Below the pieces are notes generated by a model. The model ran no database searches. It had not been told where the DNA came from and was given only the letters and a program-made list of their open reading frames with translations. Shown here piece after piece: positions 36,746 to 47,373 of a stretch of 64,000 nt of DNA. A program made the translations under genes and the position numbers. Positions within the stretch are counted from its first letter, which is position 1, and each line of letters opens with the position of its first letter. The stretch is from an uncultured Dehalococcoidia bacterium (GTDB lineage Bacteria > Chloroflexota > Dehalococcoidia > Lucifugimonadales > UBA3495), in assembly GCA_964587795.1 (NCBI GenBank), contig CAZPMU010000001.1, positions 64,820 to 128,819 of the forward strand, in the 5' to 3' direction.

Positions 36746-38515
36746 TTGCAGGACAATGCTATGCTGGACCACGGAGCTATAGACCACGCAAATGCCAACT
36801 CCACGGAGGCCCTGCGGCACCGAATGCGCCATTCGGCGGCCCACGTAATGGCCGATGCCGTGCTTCAGATATTTCCCGAGGCGAAGATGGGCATTGGGCC
36901 GCCCACCCAGGACGGCTTTTACTACGACTTCGAAGTATCGCGCCCTTTTACTCCGGAGGACCTGGAGGAGATTGAAGCGCTGATGCGGGAGACCATTTCG
37001 GGACGCCAACCCTTTGTCCGGGAGGAAATAAGCCGGAGTGAGGCGGAGGCTCTCTTCTCGGACCAGCCCTACAAGCTGGAGATTATCAGCGACCTGCCCG
37101 ATGAGACTATTCTTAGCGTTTACAGGCACGGGGAGTTTGTGGACCTGTGCCAGGGCCCTCATGTTGACGGTACCGCGGATATCCAGGCGGTGAAGTTGCT
37201 GAACATCGCCGGCGCCTATTGGCGGGGAGATGAACACCGCCCCATGCTGCAGCGGATTTACGGTACGGCCTGGGAATCGCAGGATGCCCTGGACGACTAC
37301 CTGAACCGGTTGGAGGAGGCGGAGCGGCGGGATCATCGCACCCTGGGCCGCCAACTGGGGTTGTATTCCATCCACGAGGAGATCGGGCCTGGTTTGATAG
37401 TGTGGCACCCCAAGGGCGGGGTTGTGCGCGGCCTGGTAGAAGACTACTGGCGCGACATTCATTATCGCCACGATTACAGCATCGTATATTCGCCGCACAT
37501 CGGGCGGGCTCAGCTATGGCAGACCAGCGGTCACTTGGCCCACTACCGGGACAGCATGTACGCGCCGCTGGAGGTGGACGAGCAGGAGTACTTCCTGAAG
37601 CCCATGAACTGTCCATTCCACATTATGGTATACCGGTCCGCCCTGCGCAGCTACCGGGAACTGCCCTTGCGCATCGCTGAACTGGGGACGGTGTACCGAT
37701 ATGAGCGCAGCGGCGTACTGCACGGCCTGATGCGGGTTAGAGGGTTCACCCAGGACGATGCTCACATCTTTTGTCTGCCCGAGCAGGTGGAAGAAGAGGT
37801 GGGCGGTGTGCTGGACCTGACCTTTGAATTGCTGGATGCCTTTGGATTCAGCGACTATTCCATCTTCCTGTCCACCAGGCCGGATAGCTACGCCGGGGAA
37901 CTGGATATGTGGGAACATTCTACGGAGTCGCTGCGGCGAGCCCTGGAACAGCGAAGTCTGAAGTATGACATTGACGAAGGCGGCGGCGCCTTCTACGGGC
38001 CCAAAGTGGATATCAAGATTCAGGATGCCCTGGGACGGGAATGGCAGTGCACCACGGTGCAGTTCGACTTCAACCTGCCGGAACGGTTTGACCTGACCTT
38101 CATGGATGCGGAGGGCGGACGCAGTCGGCCCTACATGGTACACCGGGCAATATTGGGTTCCCTGGAACGTTTCCTGGGCGTGCTGATTGAGCATTATGCC
38201 GGCGCCTTTCCCCTGTGGCTGGCCCCGGTGCAGGCCACGGTCATTCCCATAGCGGACCGGCACCAGGCATACGCGGAATCGGTAAAAGTCCAGCTTGAGG
38301 CCCAGGGTTTCCGGGTAGAGGTGGACGGGCGCAGCGAACGGATGAACCTGAAGATCCGCAATGCCCAGCTTCAGAAGGTCCCCTATATGCTGGTGGTGGG
38401 CGACCGGGAACAGGAGGACGGCGCAGTGGCCGTCCGCACCCGGGAGGGCGGCAACCTGGGGGCCATGGCAGTGGGGGATTTGCTGGCGAGGCTGGCGGAT
38501 GAGGTCCGGCAGTGA
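36746..38515 (+). CDS. thrS: Threonine--tRNA ligase (short form lacking the N-terminal TGS domain)
   Basis: Editing-domain motif HSAAHVMADAV near the N-terminus. Class II motifs (FLKPMNCPFH, YRYERSGVLHGLMRVRGFTQDDAH, GGGAFYGPK) and a C-terminal anticodon-binding domain. 589 aa. Confidence 0.9.
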   Translation: MQDNAMLDHGAIDHANANSTEALRHRMRHSAAHVMADAVLQIFPEAKMGIGPPTQDGFYYDFEVSRPFTPEDLEEIEALMRETISGRQPFVREEISRSEAEALFSDQPYKLEIISDLPDETILSVYRHGEFVDLCQGPHVDGTADIQAVKLLNIAGAYWRGDEHRPMLQRIYGTAWESQDALDDYLNRLEEAERRDHRTLGRQLGLYSIHEEIGPGLIVWHPKGGVVRGLVEDYWRDIHYRHDYSIVYSPHIGRAQLWQTSGHLAHYRDSMYAPLEVDEQEYFLKPMNCPFHIMVYRSALRSYRELPLRIAELGTVYRYERSGVLHGLMRVRGFTQDDAHIFCLPEQVEEEVGGVLDLTFELLDAFGFSDYSIFLSTRPDSYAGELDMWEHSTESLRRALEQRSLKYDIDEGGGAFYGPKVDIKIQDALGREWQCTTVQFDFNLPERFDLTFMDAEGGRSRPYMVHRAILGSLERFLGVLIEHYAGAFPLWLAPVQATVIPIADRHQAYAESVKVQLEAQGFRVEVDGRSERMNLKIRNAQLQKVPYMLVVGDREQEDGAVAVRTREGGNLGAMAVGDLLARLADEVRQ

Positions 38516-38538
38516 AGGCTTAGGCGCCAGAGGTAGAA

Positions 38539-38754
38539 ATTGAACATGAGGAAGCCGGGGGGTGGAGCGCAATAGTACCGGCGTTGCGTGGCTGCAATTC
38601 TTGGGGATATACCAAGGAAGATATTCTGGCTGCAATTCGGGACAACGCCGAAATGCGCCTGGAAGGCTTGCAGGAATCTGGCGAACCCGCCCCTTGGGTA
38701 AAGAATGCTGGAAGGGGCATAAATTCAGAGATGCTTGAGATAACCGTGCGATGA
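38539..38754 (+). CDS. HicB-like (UPF0150) antitoxin ORF without canonical start codon
   Basis: The frame is open from 38524 and is not in the supplied track. (APEVE)IEHEEAGGWSAIVPALRGCNSWGYTKEDILAAIRDNAEMRLEGLQESGEPAPW matches the HicB pattern xEEDGGYxAxVPxLPGCxSQGxTxEEAxxNIxEAIxxxLE..GEPIP. The only plausible initiator is ATT 38539, after AGAGGT. The stop overlaps the hicA-like ATG (ATGA). Confidence 0.5.
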   Translation: MEHEEAGGWSAIVPALRGCNSWGYTKEDILAAIRDNAEMRLEGLQESGEPAPWVKNAGRGINSEMLEITVR

Positions 38755-39005
38755 ACCGGGTTAGTCCGGCCCATTTGTTAAGGAATGTACCGGTCCGGGA
38801 ATTGGGTCGCGCCCTGTTGCGTGATTGTTTCGTTCAAACCAGGTCCAGGCGCGCCGGTGGGAACTTTTACAAGCTTCCCGATGGCAGGAGAACCGAGATT
38901 CACTACAACCCTGGAAGCGATGTGCTAACGAGGAAGACCCTCGGGGACGTTTTAACCGGAACGGAATGGGCGGAGGAGGACCTGCGGCGACCAGGACTGA
39001 TTTAG
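38751..39005 (+). CDS. HicA-like toxin homologue (catalytic His apparently absent)
   Basis: 84 aa. VRELGRALLRDCFVQTRSRRAGGNFYKLPDGRRTEIHYNPGSDVLTRKTLGDVLTGTEW follows the HicA/YcfA layout. It reads GGN where the family has GSH. Confidence 0.5.
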   Translation: MNRVSPAHLLRNVPVRELGRALLRDCFVQTRSRRAGGNFYKLPDGRRTEIHYNPGSDVLTRKTLGDVLTGTEWAEEDLRRPGLI

Positions 39006-39300
39006 ACTGGCGTCCGGGTCATGTTGCCCAGGGATGTCGGCACATTCGCCAGGTTCATCCTGCGTCGGCCTTAGCGGCAGATCGGGGACGCTTTGATCTC
39101 CATCGGATGTGGATCGAGATTGCGGCCTTCTCGGAAACGAAGAGACGAGACGGTCGGGGTGTCTCACCTTCAATCAGACTTTACCCACCACACCAGCGAG
39201 AGGCTAGCCAAGAGGCCGATTGAAAGAGAGTATTTGCTGTTAGGTTCCGTGCTTCACAGCCCGTCCTCTTTTGGATAGCACTCTCATAAAGGAAGGCGAC

Positions 39301-41370
39301 ATGCCCAACCGCTTAATTGACGAAACCAGCCCCTACCTGCTGCAGCACGCCCACAATCCTGTGGACTGGTACCCATGGGGGGAAGAGGCGTTGTCGCGCT
39401 CCAGGGATGAAGACAAGCCCATACTGCTGAGCATCGGCTACTCCGCCTGCCACTGGTGCCATGTGATGGAACGGGAATCGTTCGAGGACGAGGCAATTGC
39501 CAGCCTGATGAACGCCAACTTCGTCAACGTGAAGGTGGACCGGGAGGAACGGCCGGACCTGGACGCCGTGTACATGGAAGCGGTCCAGATGCTGACAGGC
39601 AGCGGCGGCTGGCCCATGACAGTATTTCTCACTCCGGAGGGGAAGCCATTCTACGGCGGCACCTATTTCCCGCCCACGGACCGGATGAATATGCCGGGGT
39701 TTCCCCGGCTACTGCTGGCGGTAACCGAAGCCTACCGCACCAACCGGGGCGAGGTTGAGCGGGTTACGAATCAACTGGCGGAGCAGATGGGCCGCTCCGG
39801 GCAATTGCCACCGGGAAACGGCCTGCTGTCGGCCGACATTCTGCACGAAGCTTACTCGCGCCTGGCGGCAAACTTCGACTACCAGAATGGCGGCTTTGGG
39901 GCGGCGCCCAAGTTTCCCCAACCGATGACGCCAGAGTTTCTACTGCGCTATTACCACCAGGGGTACAGTCCCCGGGCCCTGGAAATGGTGGAAATGACGC
40001 TGGAGAAGATGGCCTACGGCGGGATGTACGACCAACTGGGAGGCGGGTTTCACCGCTATTCCACCGATGCCTTCTGGCTGGTTCCCCACTTTGAAAAGAT
40101 GTTGTACGACAATGGGTTGCTGGCCAGACTGTACCTTCACGCATGGCAGATTACCGGCCGGGACCTGTACCGTCGGATTACGGAGGAGACCCTGGACTAC
40201 GTGCTGCGGGAAATGACCGACCCGCTGGGCGGCTTCTACTCGGCGCAGGATGCGGACAGTGAAGGGGTCGAAGGCAAGTTTTTCGTTTGGACGCCGGAAG
40301 AAATCAGAAACGTCCTGGGCGAGTCCGACGGCAATATGCTGGGCGGATTCTACGGTGTTACCGAGGCCGGCAATTTTGAAGGGGCGAATATCCTGAACAT
40401 TCCACAAGGCCCGGCGGGTTTTGCCCTGGAGCATGGCATAAGCGAGGAGGAACTGGCGGCGCTGATTGCCAATGGCAAGCCGAGGCTGCTGGAGGAGCGG
40501 GAGAAGCGAATACATCCCTTCCGCGATGACAAGGTCATATCTTCCTGGAATGGGCTGATGCTCAGGGCGTTTGCGGAGGCAGGCGCGGCGTGGAAGCGGC
40601 CCGACTACCAGGCGGCAGCGGAAGCCAACGCCCGCTTTCTTCACCAGGAGATGACGCGGGACGGAAGCCTGCTCCGCACCTTCCGGGATGGGCAGGCCAA
40701 GATTCCGGGTTACCTGGAGGACTACGCCTGTGTTGCCGACGGTTATCTCGCGCTCTACGAGGCTTCCTTCCGGCCGGAATGGCTGGACCGGGCAGTGGCC
40801 CTGGCCAACCGGATGATCGAGCTTTTCTGGGACGAAGGAGTAGGGGGCTTTTATGACACAGGGACGGAGCACGAAGCCCTGGTGACTCGGCCCCGGGACG
40901 TATTTGACAACGCCCAGCCCTGCGGCGGTTCGGTGGCGTCTGAAGTTCTGTTGAAGCTGGCCATTATCACCGGCGAAGAAGACTATAACCTTAAGGCCTC
41001 TCGACCCCTGCGGGCCCTGAGCCGCCTTATGACCCAGGCCCCGGGGGGCGCTGCCTATTGGCTGGGAGTGCTGGACTTGTACGTTTCCCTGCCCAAGGAA
41101 ATTGCAATAATTGGCGACACGGAGAACGCGGAAACGGGGGCGCTGCTCGATGTCGTCCACCGCCGGTACCTTCCCAACAGGGTTTTGGTGGGGGCTGCCG
41201 GCGCCGGGGAATATGGTGAAAGTGGCGGCGCTTCTTCCGCTTACGAAATGCCGTTGCTGGCCGACCGGGGGATGGTTGACGGTAAACCCACCGCATACGT
41301 TTGCCAGAATTATGTTTGCCGGTTGCCGGTCACCGACCCCGAAGCGCTGGCGGAACAACTGGATTCCTGA
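39301..41370 (+). CDS. Thioredoxin-domain protein, DUF255 / YyaL (SSP411-like) family
   Basis: [27 protein letters not shown] and [10 protein letters not shown] at the N-terminus, then a long six-hairpin glycosidase-like region. ATG 39301 after AAGGAAGG is preferred to TTG 39271. Confidence 0.85.
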   Translation: MPNRLIDETSPYLLQHAHNPVDWYPWGEEALSRSRDEDKPILLSIGYSACHWCHVMERESFEDEAIASLMNANFVNVKVDREERPDLDAVYMEAVQMLTGSGGWPMTVFLTPEGKPFYGGTYFPPTDRMNMPGFPRLLLAVTEAYRTNRGEVERVTNQLAEQMGRSGQLPPGNGLLSADILHEAYSRLAANFDYQNGGFGAAPKFPQPMTPEFLLRYYHQGYSPRALEMVEMTLEKMAYGGMYDQLGGGFHRYSTDAFWLVPHFEKMLYDNGLLARLYLHAWQITGRDLYRRITEETLDYVLREMTDPLGGFYSAQDADSEGVEGKFFVWTPEEIRNVLGESDGNMLGGFYGVTEAGNFEGANILNIPQGPAGFALEHGISEEELAALIANGKPRLLEEREKRIHPFRDDKVISSWNGLMLRAFAEAGAAWKRPDYQAAAEANARFLHQEMTRDGSLLRTFRDGQAKIPGYLEDYACVADGYLALYEASFRPEWLDRAVALANRMIELFWDEGVGGFYDTGTEHEALVTRPRDVFDNAQPCGGSVASEVLLKLAIITGEEDYNLKASRPLRALSRLMTQAPGGAAYWLGVLDLYVSLPKEIAIIGDTENAETGALLDVVHRRYLPNRVLVGAAGAGEYGESGGASSAYEMPLLADRGMVDGKPTAYVCQNYVCRLPVTDPEALAEQLDS

Positions 41371-41535
41371 GGTGGCGCCACCCAGGTCTCCCCTTCGCCC
41401 GAAAGAGATGTTCAGGGTGAAGAGGAATCTCCCAACGGAACGCCATAGCCCCCAATCCTTGCCTTACCTCCCCAAAAAGGTGATGGCAATTCTGAGAAAT
41501 TTCTGGCGCCCTGATCGAATAACAAGCCCTGCCTT

Positions 41536-43041
41536 TTATTCGTTTATCAGGTTGAAACGGACCCGGAGCACGGGAGTATCGGGTGTCCTGTTTTCGGGTA
41601 CTTTTGCCCATTCGGCAATGCGATAACCCACCACCCAGGCAATTCCTCTCTCACTCACCAGCAGGGGTACCCTGTCTCGCCACTCCCGGGGTACCTTTTC
41701 GTCGATAAAAAAATTGTGTAATCGCTTCATTTCCTTCATCCCCAGCGCCTGAAAACGATCACCATCGTCCCTTTTCCGAACTTCCAGGCGTGATTGGAGT
41801 GTCATGGGGTCAAGATAGGCAGTAAAGTCGTCGGGTTGACGGAGGTCCGGAATTTGAGACGAAACCAGACCTTCCAAAGTTACTTGCCATCCACCTGCGA
41901 AATGAACAACATTGGAAACGCCAATGTTGGTCAGCGGGATGGAGTGTAAGCGCGCCAGTTCGGGGAAGGGGCAGGAAATGACTGATTCGGCGGTGACGAG
42001 AGAGATGACGGTGGACGTCAACCGCATGGAAATGCCGCCGGGGAGGTCCAGCATTCCAGCGGCCCGGTCGGTGGTTGTGAACTCGGACATGGCTCTCAGG
42101 TGGCTCTCCGCCAAGCGAGTTGCGTCGCCCTTGACGGCAACATAAGCCCGTCGCAGGGCCAGACGCCGCAATGCCGGGTGCAGCGAATTAAAGGTTTGCC
42201 GGAGCAGCGCCACCGAGGGCTTTCTCCCGAGCGGCCCGGCGGAATCTTGCATCGGAGCCAGCAAGTTTCCCCAAATGCGGTCCAGTTCAGACTCGATATA
42301 ATCCAGGTCCAGAGATGCGGAATTCGCCAGGCGGACCAGTGCATCCTGCACCCGCGGGTTGAAGTCGCTGGCCAGGAGAGGAAATAACTGCTGCCGTACC
42401 CGGTTGCGGGTAAAACGGAAGAGCAAATTTCCACTGTCCTGCCGGTAGGAGCGGTCCAGGTCGTTGCAGTAGTCGACCGTCTCCGCCTTGGAGGTATCAA
42501 GGAGAGGACGAAAGATCACCGGCGTTTGGAGTCCCACAGGCCAGGGCCAGGGAGCGGTTTCGGTCATACCCCGGAGGCCGTGCAGCCCGCTGCCCCGAAT
42601 TATGTGAAGCAGCACCGTCTCAGCAAGGTCATCGGAGGTGTGGCCGACGGCAACGGCCGGCGCTCCAATGCGGTGAGCCACTTCAGCCAGGAACCGGTAT
42701 CGCATCTCTCTCGCGCCCTGCTCGAAGGAGGAAATGCGATGCTCGCGCTGGTAGGCGATCGGGTCCTGCTTTTCCACGCTGAAGGGGAGGTTAAGTTCCT
42801 GAGCCAGGGCTTCAACGAAACGGGCGTCCTCTTCCGCCTCCTCTCCGCGAAAGTCATGGTTAAGGTGGGCCACGTGCAGCGAGAATCCGAGGGGCTCGCT
42901 AAGGCGATTCAGGCTGTAGAGAAGCGCGGTGGAATCTGCGCCGCCGGATACGCCCGCGACCAGGGTAACGCCCTGGCCGGCAAGGCCTGCCCGATGCAGG
43001 GCGGCGGCCACCTTCCGGTCGACTTGGGCAACGATGGGCAT
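41536..43041 (-). CDS. tilS: tRNA(Ile)-lysidine synthetase
   Basis: PP-loop VAGVSGGADSTALL, then HLNHDFRGEEAEEDARFV and GHTSDDLAETVLL. Confidence 0.9.
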   Translation of the reverse strand: MPIVAQVDRKVAAALHRAGLAGQGVTLVAGVSGGADSTALLYSLNRLSEPLGFSLHVAHLNHDFRGEEAEEDARFVEALAQELNLPFSVEKQDPIAYQREHRISSFEQGAREMRYRFLAEVAHRIGAPAVAVGHTSDDLAETVLLHIIRGSGLHGLRGMTETAPWPWPVGLQTPVIFRPLLDTSKAETVDYCNDLDRSYRQDSGNLLFRFTRNRVRQQLFPLLASDFNPRVQDALVRLANSASLDLDYIESELDRIWGNLLAPMQDSAGPLGRKPSVALLRQTFNSLHPALRRLALRRAYVAVKGDATRLAESHLRAMSEFTTTDRAAGMLDLPGGISMRLTSTVISLVTAESVISCPFPELARLHSIPLTNIGVSNVVHFAGGWQVTLEGLVSSQIPDLRQPDDFTAYLDPMTLQSRLEVRKRDDGDRFQALGMKEMKRLHNFFIDEKVPREWRDRVPLLVSERGIAWVVGYRIAEWAKVPENRTPDTPVLRVRFNLINE

Positions 43042-43053
43042 GGCGCCTAACCG

Positions 43054-43680
43054 TCAGTCGTGGGAGGAACCCTGCCGCTGCAGGTGGCAGGTGGAGTTGT
43101 AGGTGAGCAGGCGGGGGCCCCTGGTGTCCATTTCAAAGACGCTGACGGAACCCAGGGAGAGGCGCAGCCGGTGAAAGTTGGCCAGGGGGATTCCCAGGAC
43201 CTTGCCGCAGATGGCACGGATGGTGAAGTTGTGGGAGATTACGGCCAGGTTATCCTCGGGGCTGTGGGCACCTTGAAGTTCAAGAATAACCTGCCAGGAC
43301 CGTTCCTCGAGAGTTGCCAGCGATTCTCCGCCTGGCATTGCCACGAGTTCCGGAGTGCTGTTCCAGGTATCAAACACTTGGGGCCAGCCGGCGCGCATCT
43401 CCTCGCCCGTTACGCCTTCCAGTTCGCCCAATCCCAGCTCCATCAGCCCTTCGCGAGTGTTAATGGGCAGCCCCAGGGGGCCGCCTATTTCGCTGGCCAC
43501 TTGCATGGTGCGTGACAGGGGACTGGCGTAGATGGCGGACAGGTCCCACTCCCTGGCGGCCAGGGCAATTACCCTGGCCTGCTCCAGGCCGGCATCGTTC
43601 AGCCGCGTGTCGTATTGGCCCTGGAAACGGCCCAGCTTGTTCCATTCGGTCTCGCCGTGCCGCACCAGGTAGAACTTCAC
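43054..43680 (-). CDS. Histidine phosphatase family protein (phosphoglycerate mutase / CobC-like)
   Basis: MKFYLVRHGETEWN catalytic motif and a downstream SHN motif. Its start overlaps the upstream gene by 4 nt. Confidence 0.8.
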   Translation of the reverse strand: MKFYLVRHGETEWNKLGRFQGQYDTRLNDAGLEQARVIALAAREWDLSAIYASPLSRTMQVASEIGGPLGLPINTREGLMELGLGELEGVTGEEMRAGWPQVFDTWNSTPELVAMPGGESLATLEERSWQVILELQGAHSPEDNLAVISHNFTIRAICGKVLGIPLANFHRLRLSLGSVSVFEMDTRGPRLLTYNSTCHLQRQGSSHD

Positions 43681-44963
43681 GGGGTGTCTCCGGTGGTGAG
43701 ACTTGGTACCCGCTGGGCCAGGACCTCTTCAATTCTCACGCCGTTCATGGAGCGGACCGTAAGCTTGAGGGCGCCGTATTCAACGATTTCACCGGCCTCG
43801 GGAATGTAACCCAGCCTGTCGAGGATGAAGCCGGCCACGGTCTGGTAGTCGCCTTCAGGCAGGCCGAGGTTGAGCCGCTCATTGGCAAGAATGACGGTCA
43901 TGCTGGCGTTGAGGCGGTAAGTGTTCTCATCGATCTCGGAATATTCCTCGGGGCCGTCTTCATCGCGCTCCTCTTCAACCTGGCCGACAATTACCCCCAG
44001 CATCTGCTTCAGGGTTAACAGGCCCGCGATACCGCCAAACTCGTCCACAGTCAGAACCAGACCGTACCCACCCTGCTGCATTTCAGAGAAGGTGTCGGCT
44101 ACGGATTTGGTTTCCGGGACGAAATAGGCATCGCGCACCAGGTTGGTAACACTGTCTTGCAGTTCCATCTCGTCCTTGCCCAGCGCCAGGAGCACGTCTT
44201 TGTTGGACAGGACGCCCACAACGTTTTCCGTGTCGCCCGCATAGACAGGGAAACGGGTGTGGTTACGCTGGGCGTAAAGGGCCAGGAAGGCTTGCAGGGT
44301 TGTGCCCTGCTCCACCCAGACTATCTCGGTCCTGGGGGTCATTATCTCCTGGACCTTCTGGTCGCCGAACCTGAAGACCTTGTTGAGCAGTTCGGCCTCG
44401 GTCTGTTCCACCGCGCCCGTCTGCGCTCCCACGTCTATCAGGGTGCGAATTTCGCCCTCGCTGACCTCATTGGCAGAGTTGGTGATGCCCATCAGGCGGG
44501 TAAAGGTGTTGGTGATTATCTGGAGTATTTTCACGCCGGGGGACAGGATGAACTCGGCCATCGTGAGGGGCCTGGCGTAGGCGAAGGCCAAAGTTTCCGC
44601 CCGGTTCCACGCGACGGTCTTGGGCAGTGTTTCGCTGAATATGAGCAGAAGCAGGGTTACTCCTACAGTGGAGACGATGACCGCCACGCCCTCATTCTGA
44701 ATTACATTCAGGGCAACAGCAGTACCCAGGGCGGCGGCGGCGGTGTTTACCAGGTTATTGCTGAGCAAAACCGTAGCGAGCAGGCGTTCGGGGCGGGATA
44801 CCAGGCGTTCCACCAGTTTGGCGTTGCGCCGGCCGATGCTGATCAGGTGCAGCAGTCTGGCCCGGGAAAGGGCGATAAAGGCGGTCTCCGATGAGGAGAA
44901 GAATGCGGATAAAACCAGGCAAAGGGCGAGGAGAGCTAACTTGCCTAAATCCTCAGACTCCAT
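43677..44963 (-). CDS. CNNM/DUF21-CBS-CorC_HlyC family membrane protein (hemolysin-like, probable divalent cation efflux)
   Basis: N-terminal 4-TM DUF21 region, a CBS pair (IMTPRTEIVWV...), and a C-terminal CorC domain (YRLNASMTVILANERL...GFILDRLGYIPEAGE). Confidence 0.85.
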   Translation of the reverse strand: MESEDLGKLALLALCLVLSAFFSSSETAFIALSRARLLHLISIGRRNAKLVERLVSRPERLLATVLLSNNLVNTAAAALGTAVALNVIQNEGVAVIVSTVGVTLLLLIFSETLPKTVAWNRAETLAFAYARPLTMAEFILSPGVKILQIITNTFTRLMGITNSANEVSEGEIRTLIDVGAQTGAVEQTEAELLNKVFRFGDQKVQEIMTPRTEIVWVEQGTTLQAFLALYAQRNHTRFPVYAGDTENVVGVLSNKDVLLALGKDEMELQDSVTNLVRDAYFVPETKSVADTFSEMQQGGYGLVLTVDEFGGIAGLLTLKQMLGVIVGQVEEERDEDGPEEYSEIDENTYRLNASMTVILANERLNLGLPEGDYQTVAGFILDRLGYIPEAGEIVEYGALKLTVRSMNGVRIEEVLAQRVPSLTTGDTP

Positions 44964-45073
44964 TTTGAAACCTCTTGGCCTCCTGAAAAATTAAGAATTG
45001 TGCTCCGCCGTTTTGATACGGGCTGCGGCCTGCACAAGAGGGATGATAGCATTGGCGCAATTTCGCTGTAAAG

Positions 45074-45102
45074 TTGACCGCTGCCAACGGCGATCTTAGT
45101 AT
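45074..45102 (+). promoter_or_regulatory. Candidate sigma-70 promoter upstream of tsaD
   Basis: TTGACC (45074-45079), a 17-nt spacer, then TAGTAT (45097-45102). This leaves a leader of about 115 nt. Confidence 0.45.
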
Positions 45103-45223
45103 GATTTGGTCCAGCCAGCCGGCGTACCCATTTGCTACGTGCCAGGCGCAGGGGGCCTGCCAGCGGAACCTGGCGCAAATCATCAGGCTAAAGCTGCAAA
45201 GATTGATGTGAAAGGTAAGGAAT

Positions 45224-46288
45224 ATGGCGTTAAAGGTTCTGGGAATTGAGACTTCTTGCGACGAAACCGCGGTGGGGGTAGTGGAAGACGGGCGCCGGCT
45301 TCTTTCCAACATAGTGTCTTCACAAGTTGAACTGCACGCACCCTATGGCGGCGTAGTTCCGGAGGTGGCTTCGAGGCAGCATATCAGGGATATGGCTCCA
45401 GCCCTGGAGAAGAGCCTGGCAGACAGCGGTTCGGACCTTGGCGACATAGACGTCGTCGCTGCAACATACGGCCCGGGATTGGCCGGGTCGCTGATTACGG
45501 GCCTGAATACGGCAAAGGCGCTGTCCCTTTCTCTGGGGAAACCTCTCGTGGGAGTCAACCACCTGGAGGGGCACATTTATGCTTCGTGGCTGGCCAGGGG
45601 AGATGAAGACCATCCGGAGGACTCCCCGGGGTTTCCGCTGGCCTGCCTGGTGGCGTCCGGAGGCCATACCGACCTGATCCTGATGGAGGGGCACGGCATC
45701 TACAGGCTGGTAGGGCGAACTCGCGACGACGCGGCGGGGGAGGCTTTCGACAAGGCGGCCCGCATTCTGGGACTTGGCTTTCCGGGGGGCCCCGAGATTC
45801 AGAAGGCTTCCCAGGGTCATGATGGAACCGAGTTCAATCCACTGCCCCGGGCGTGGATGCGGGATACCCTGGACTTCAGCTTCAGCGGGGTGAAAACGGC
45901 GCTGCTGCACCTGGCTCAGGCTGAAGGGCTCTACCCGGGAGACCCAGAGGCGGAAAAGACCAGGGAAGCGCAGGAGAAAATAGACCGGCTGGTGGGGGAA
46001 ATGGCGGCCAATTTCCAGGATGCGGTTGTTGAGGTAATGGTGATCAAAACCCTGGAGATGGCCCGCCGATATAAGGCCAAGGGGATAGTCCTGGGAGGAG
46101 GGGTAACGGCCAACGCCAGATTGCGGGCGGAGATTGCGAGGGCATCCACCCTGCCGGTGATCATTCCACCCCCGGTCCTTTGCACCGATAACGGAGCCAT
46201 GATTGCGGCTTGCGCCTACTTCCAGTACCAACGGGGCGAAGAATTTGGTTTGCAGCTGGATATTGACCCGGCGCTGCCGTTGGGTTAG
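45224..46288 (+). CDS. tsaD: tRNA N6-adenosine threonylcarbamoyltransferase
   Basis: LGIETSCDETAVGVV, GVNHLEGHI, SGGHT and GLGFPGGPEI motifs. Confidence 0.9.
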   Translation: MALKVLGIETSCDETAVGVVEDGRRLLSNIVSSQVELHAPYGGVVPEVASRQHIRDMAPALEKSLADSGSDLGDIDVVAATYGPGLAGSLITGLNTAKALSLSLGKPLVGVNHLEGHIYASWLARGDEDHPEDSPGFPLACLVASGGHTDLILMEGHGIYRLVGRTRDDAAGEAFDKAARILGLGFPGGPEIQKASQGHDGTEFNPLPRAWMRDTLDFSFSGVKTALLHLAQAEGLYPGDPEAEKTREAQEKIDRLVGEMAANFQDAVVEVMVIKTLEMARRYKAKGIVLGGGVTANARLRAEIARASTLPVIIPPPVLCTDNGAMIAACAYFQYQRGEEFGLQLDIDPALPLG

Positions 46289-46325
46289 CCGATTCGAAAA
46301 AAAGAGAGGGCAGGACCCGCGGGTG

Positions 46326-47018
46326 TTAATCTGCTACCGGAAAGCTACCCGTCCAGGTACGGGGCCTGAGCAGTTCATCCCAGCGGTCCTGCCGGCACCT
46401 GAACAGGCATTCAGTTACGTCGTCAATGTCGGGTATTCTCTCCGCGCCAAGGACACTGAAGGAAAGATTCCAGTTGGAACCCTGCAAGGTGACCTTTCCG
46501 CCTGCCCGCCGCACATTGTGTCTCCAGTAAAGCCAGGCAGCCACCAGCACGCCGGCCAGCAAGACAAAGGGCACAAAGTCCATGTTTATCCCCGGGATGC
46601 CCGGACCCTCAAATTGCCCTGCCATCCAGTAGGCCACCAGCAGATAGAAGGCAAGGGCCGCCAGCAGGGTCAGAATGCCGCGAATAAGAGACAGGGTACC
46701 CTTGGGCGCAGTGTCCACCACTATGCCCTTCAACTCTTCCACGGGCAGCATGGTAGCTTCCCGTGCCCTGCCATCGTCCCGAAAGAACAGAATTCGCTGG
46801 GTTGTCGCGATGAGCAACTGGCCGCTGCCCGAGGGTTCATCCAGCAAACCCTCATCCAGTGAAAAGACCCGCGCCACCCTCTCCTCCGGCAGGAGGGCCA
46901 CGCCCCGCACCCGGGAAAGATAATTTCTTGGTTGAATGACCTGGTCGATCAAGACCTGCCTCCCCCGTTTTGGACGCGAAAATCCCTGATCCTGCCGCAG
47001 TTTGGACATTGGGTACAA
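46326..47018 (-). CDS. Hypothetical membrane protein (2 central TM helices)
   Basis: 230 aa. The hydrophobic segments are LTLLAALAFYLLVAYWMAG and FVPFVLLAGVLVAAWLYW. No recognised family. Confidence 0.5.
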   Translation of the reverse strand: MYPMSKLRQDQGFSRPKRGRQVLIDQVIQPRNYLSRVRGVALLPEERVARVFSLDEGLLDEPSGSGQLLIATTQRILFFRDDGRAREATMLPVEELKGIVVDTAPKGTLSLIRGILTLLAALAFYLLVAYWMAGQFEGPGIPGINMDFVPFVLLAGVLVAAWLYWRHNVRRAGGKVTLQGSNWNLSFSVLGAERIPDIDDVTECLFRCRQDRWDELLRPRTWTGSFPVAD

Positions 47019-47172
47019 ACTAATTTTGGCAGGGATGGGGGCTTAGTGCCGAAAGCTCTCGCCTCTACCAGAACGGCGGTTGAGGCGAATGGCGCGCCCA
47101 AAAGTTCCGGCGTATGTTAACATTGCGATTACTTGGTAGACCAGCCCTTGGAGAGACTGAAAGGAGGTAACC

Positions 47173-47373
47173 ATGCCGGGCCTGTCCAACGAAGAAATAT
47201 ACGCCCTGGGAAGGTCGGTGGGCCTGGAAATCCAGGAACCGGAACTAACCCAGGTGGGCTACGGCCTAAACGCCATTCTGGAAGCCATGGCAGAAATAGA
47301 CGTTCCGGGTGTCAACGCCGTTGAGCCCCTGCCCCTGATACTCAGCAGCCAGGAGGTTCAGGATGAATCCTAA
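47173..47373 (+). CDS. GatC-like small subunit (AtzG-like) paired with an amidase
   Basis: 66 aa after AAAGGAGG. GatC-like pattern: LSNEEIYALGRSVGLEIQEPEL...LNAILEAMAEIDVPGVNAVEP. Overlaps the amidase start by 11 nt. Confidence 0.6.
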   Translation: MPGLSNEEIYALGRSVGLEIQEPELTQVGYGLNAILEAMAEIDVPGVNAVEPLPLILSSQEVQDES

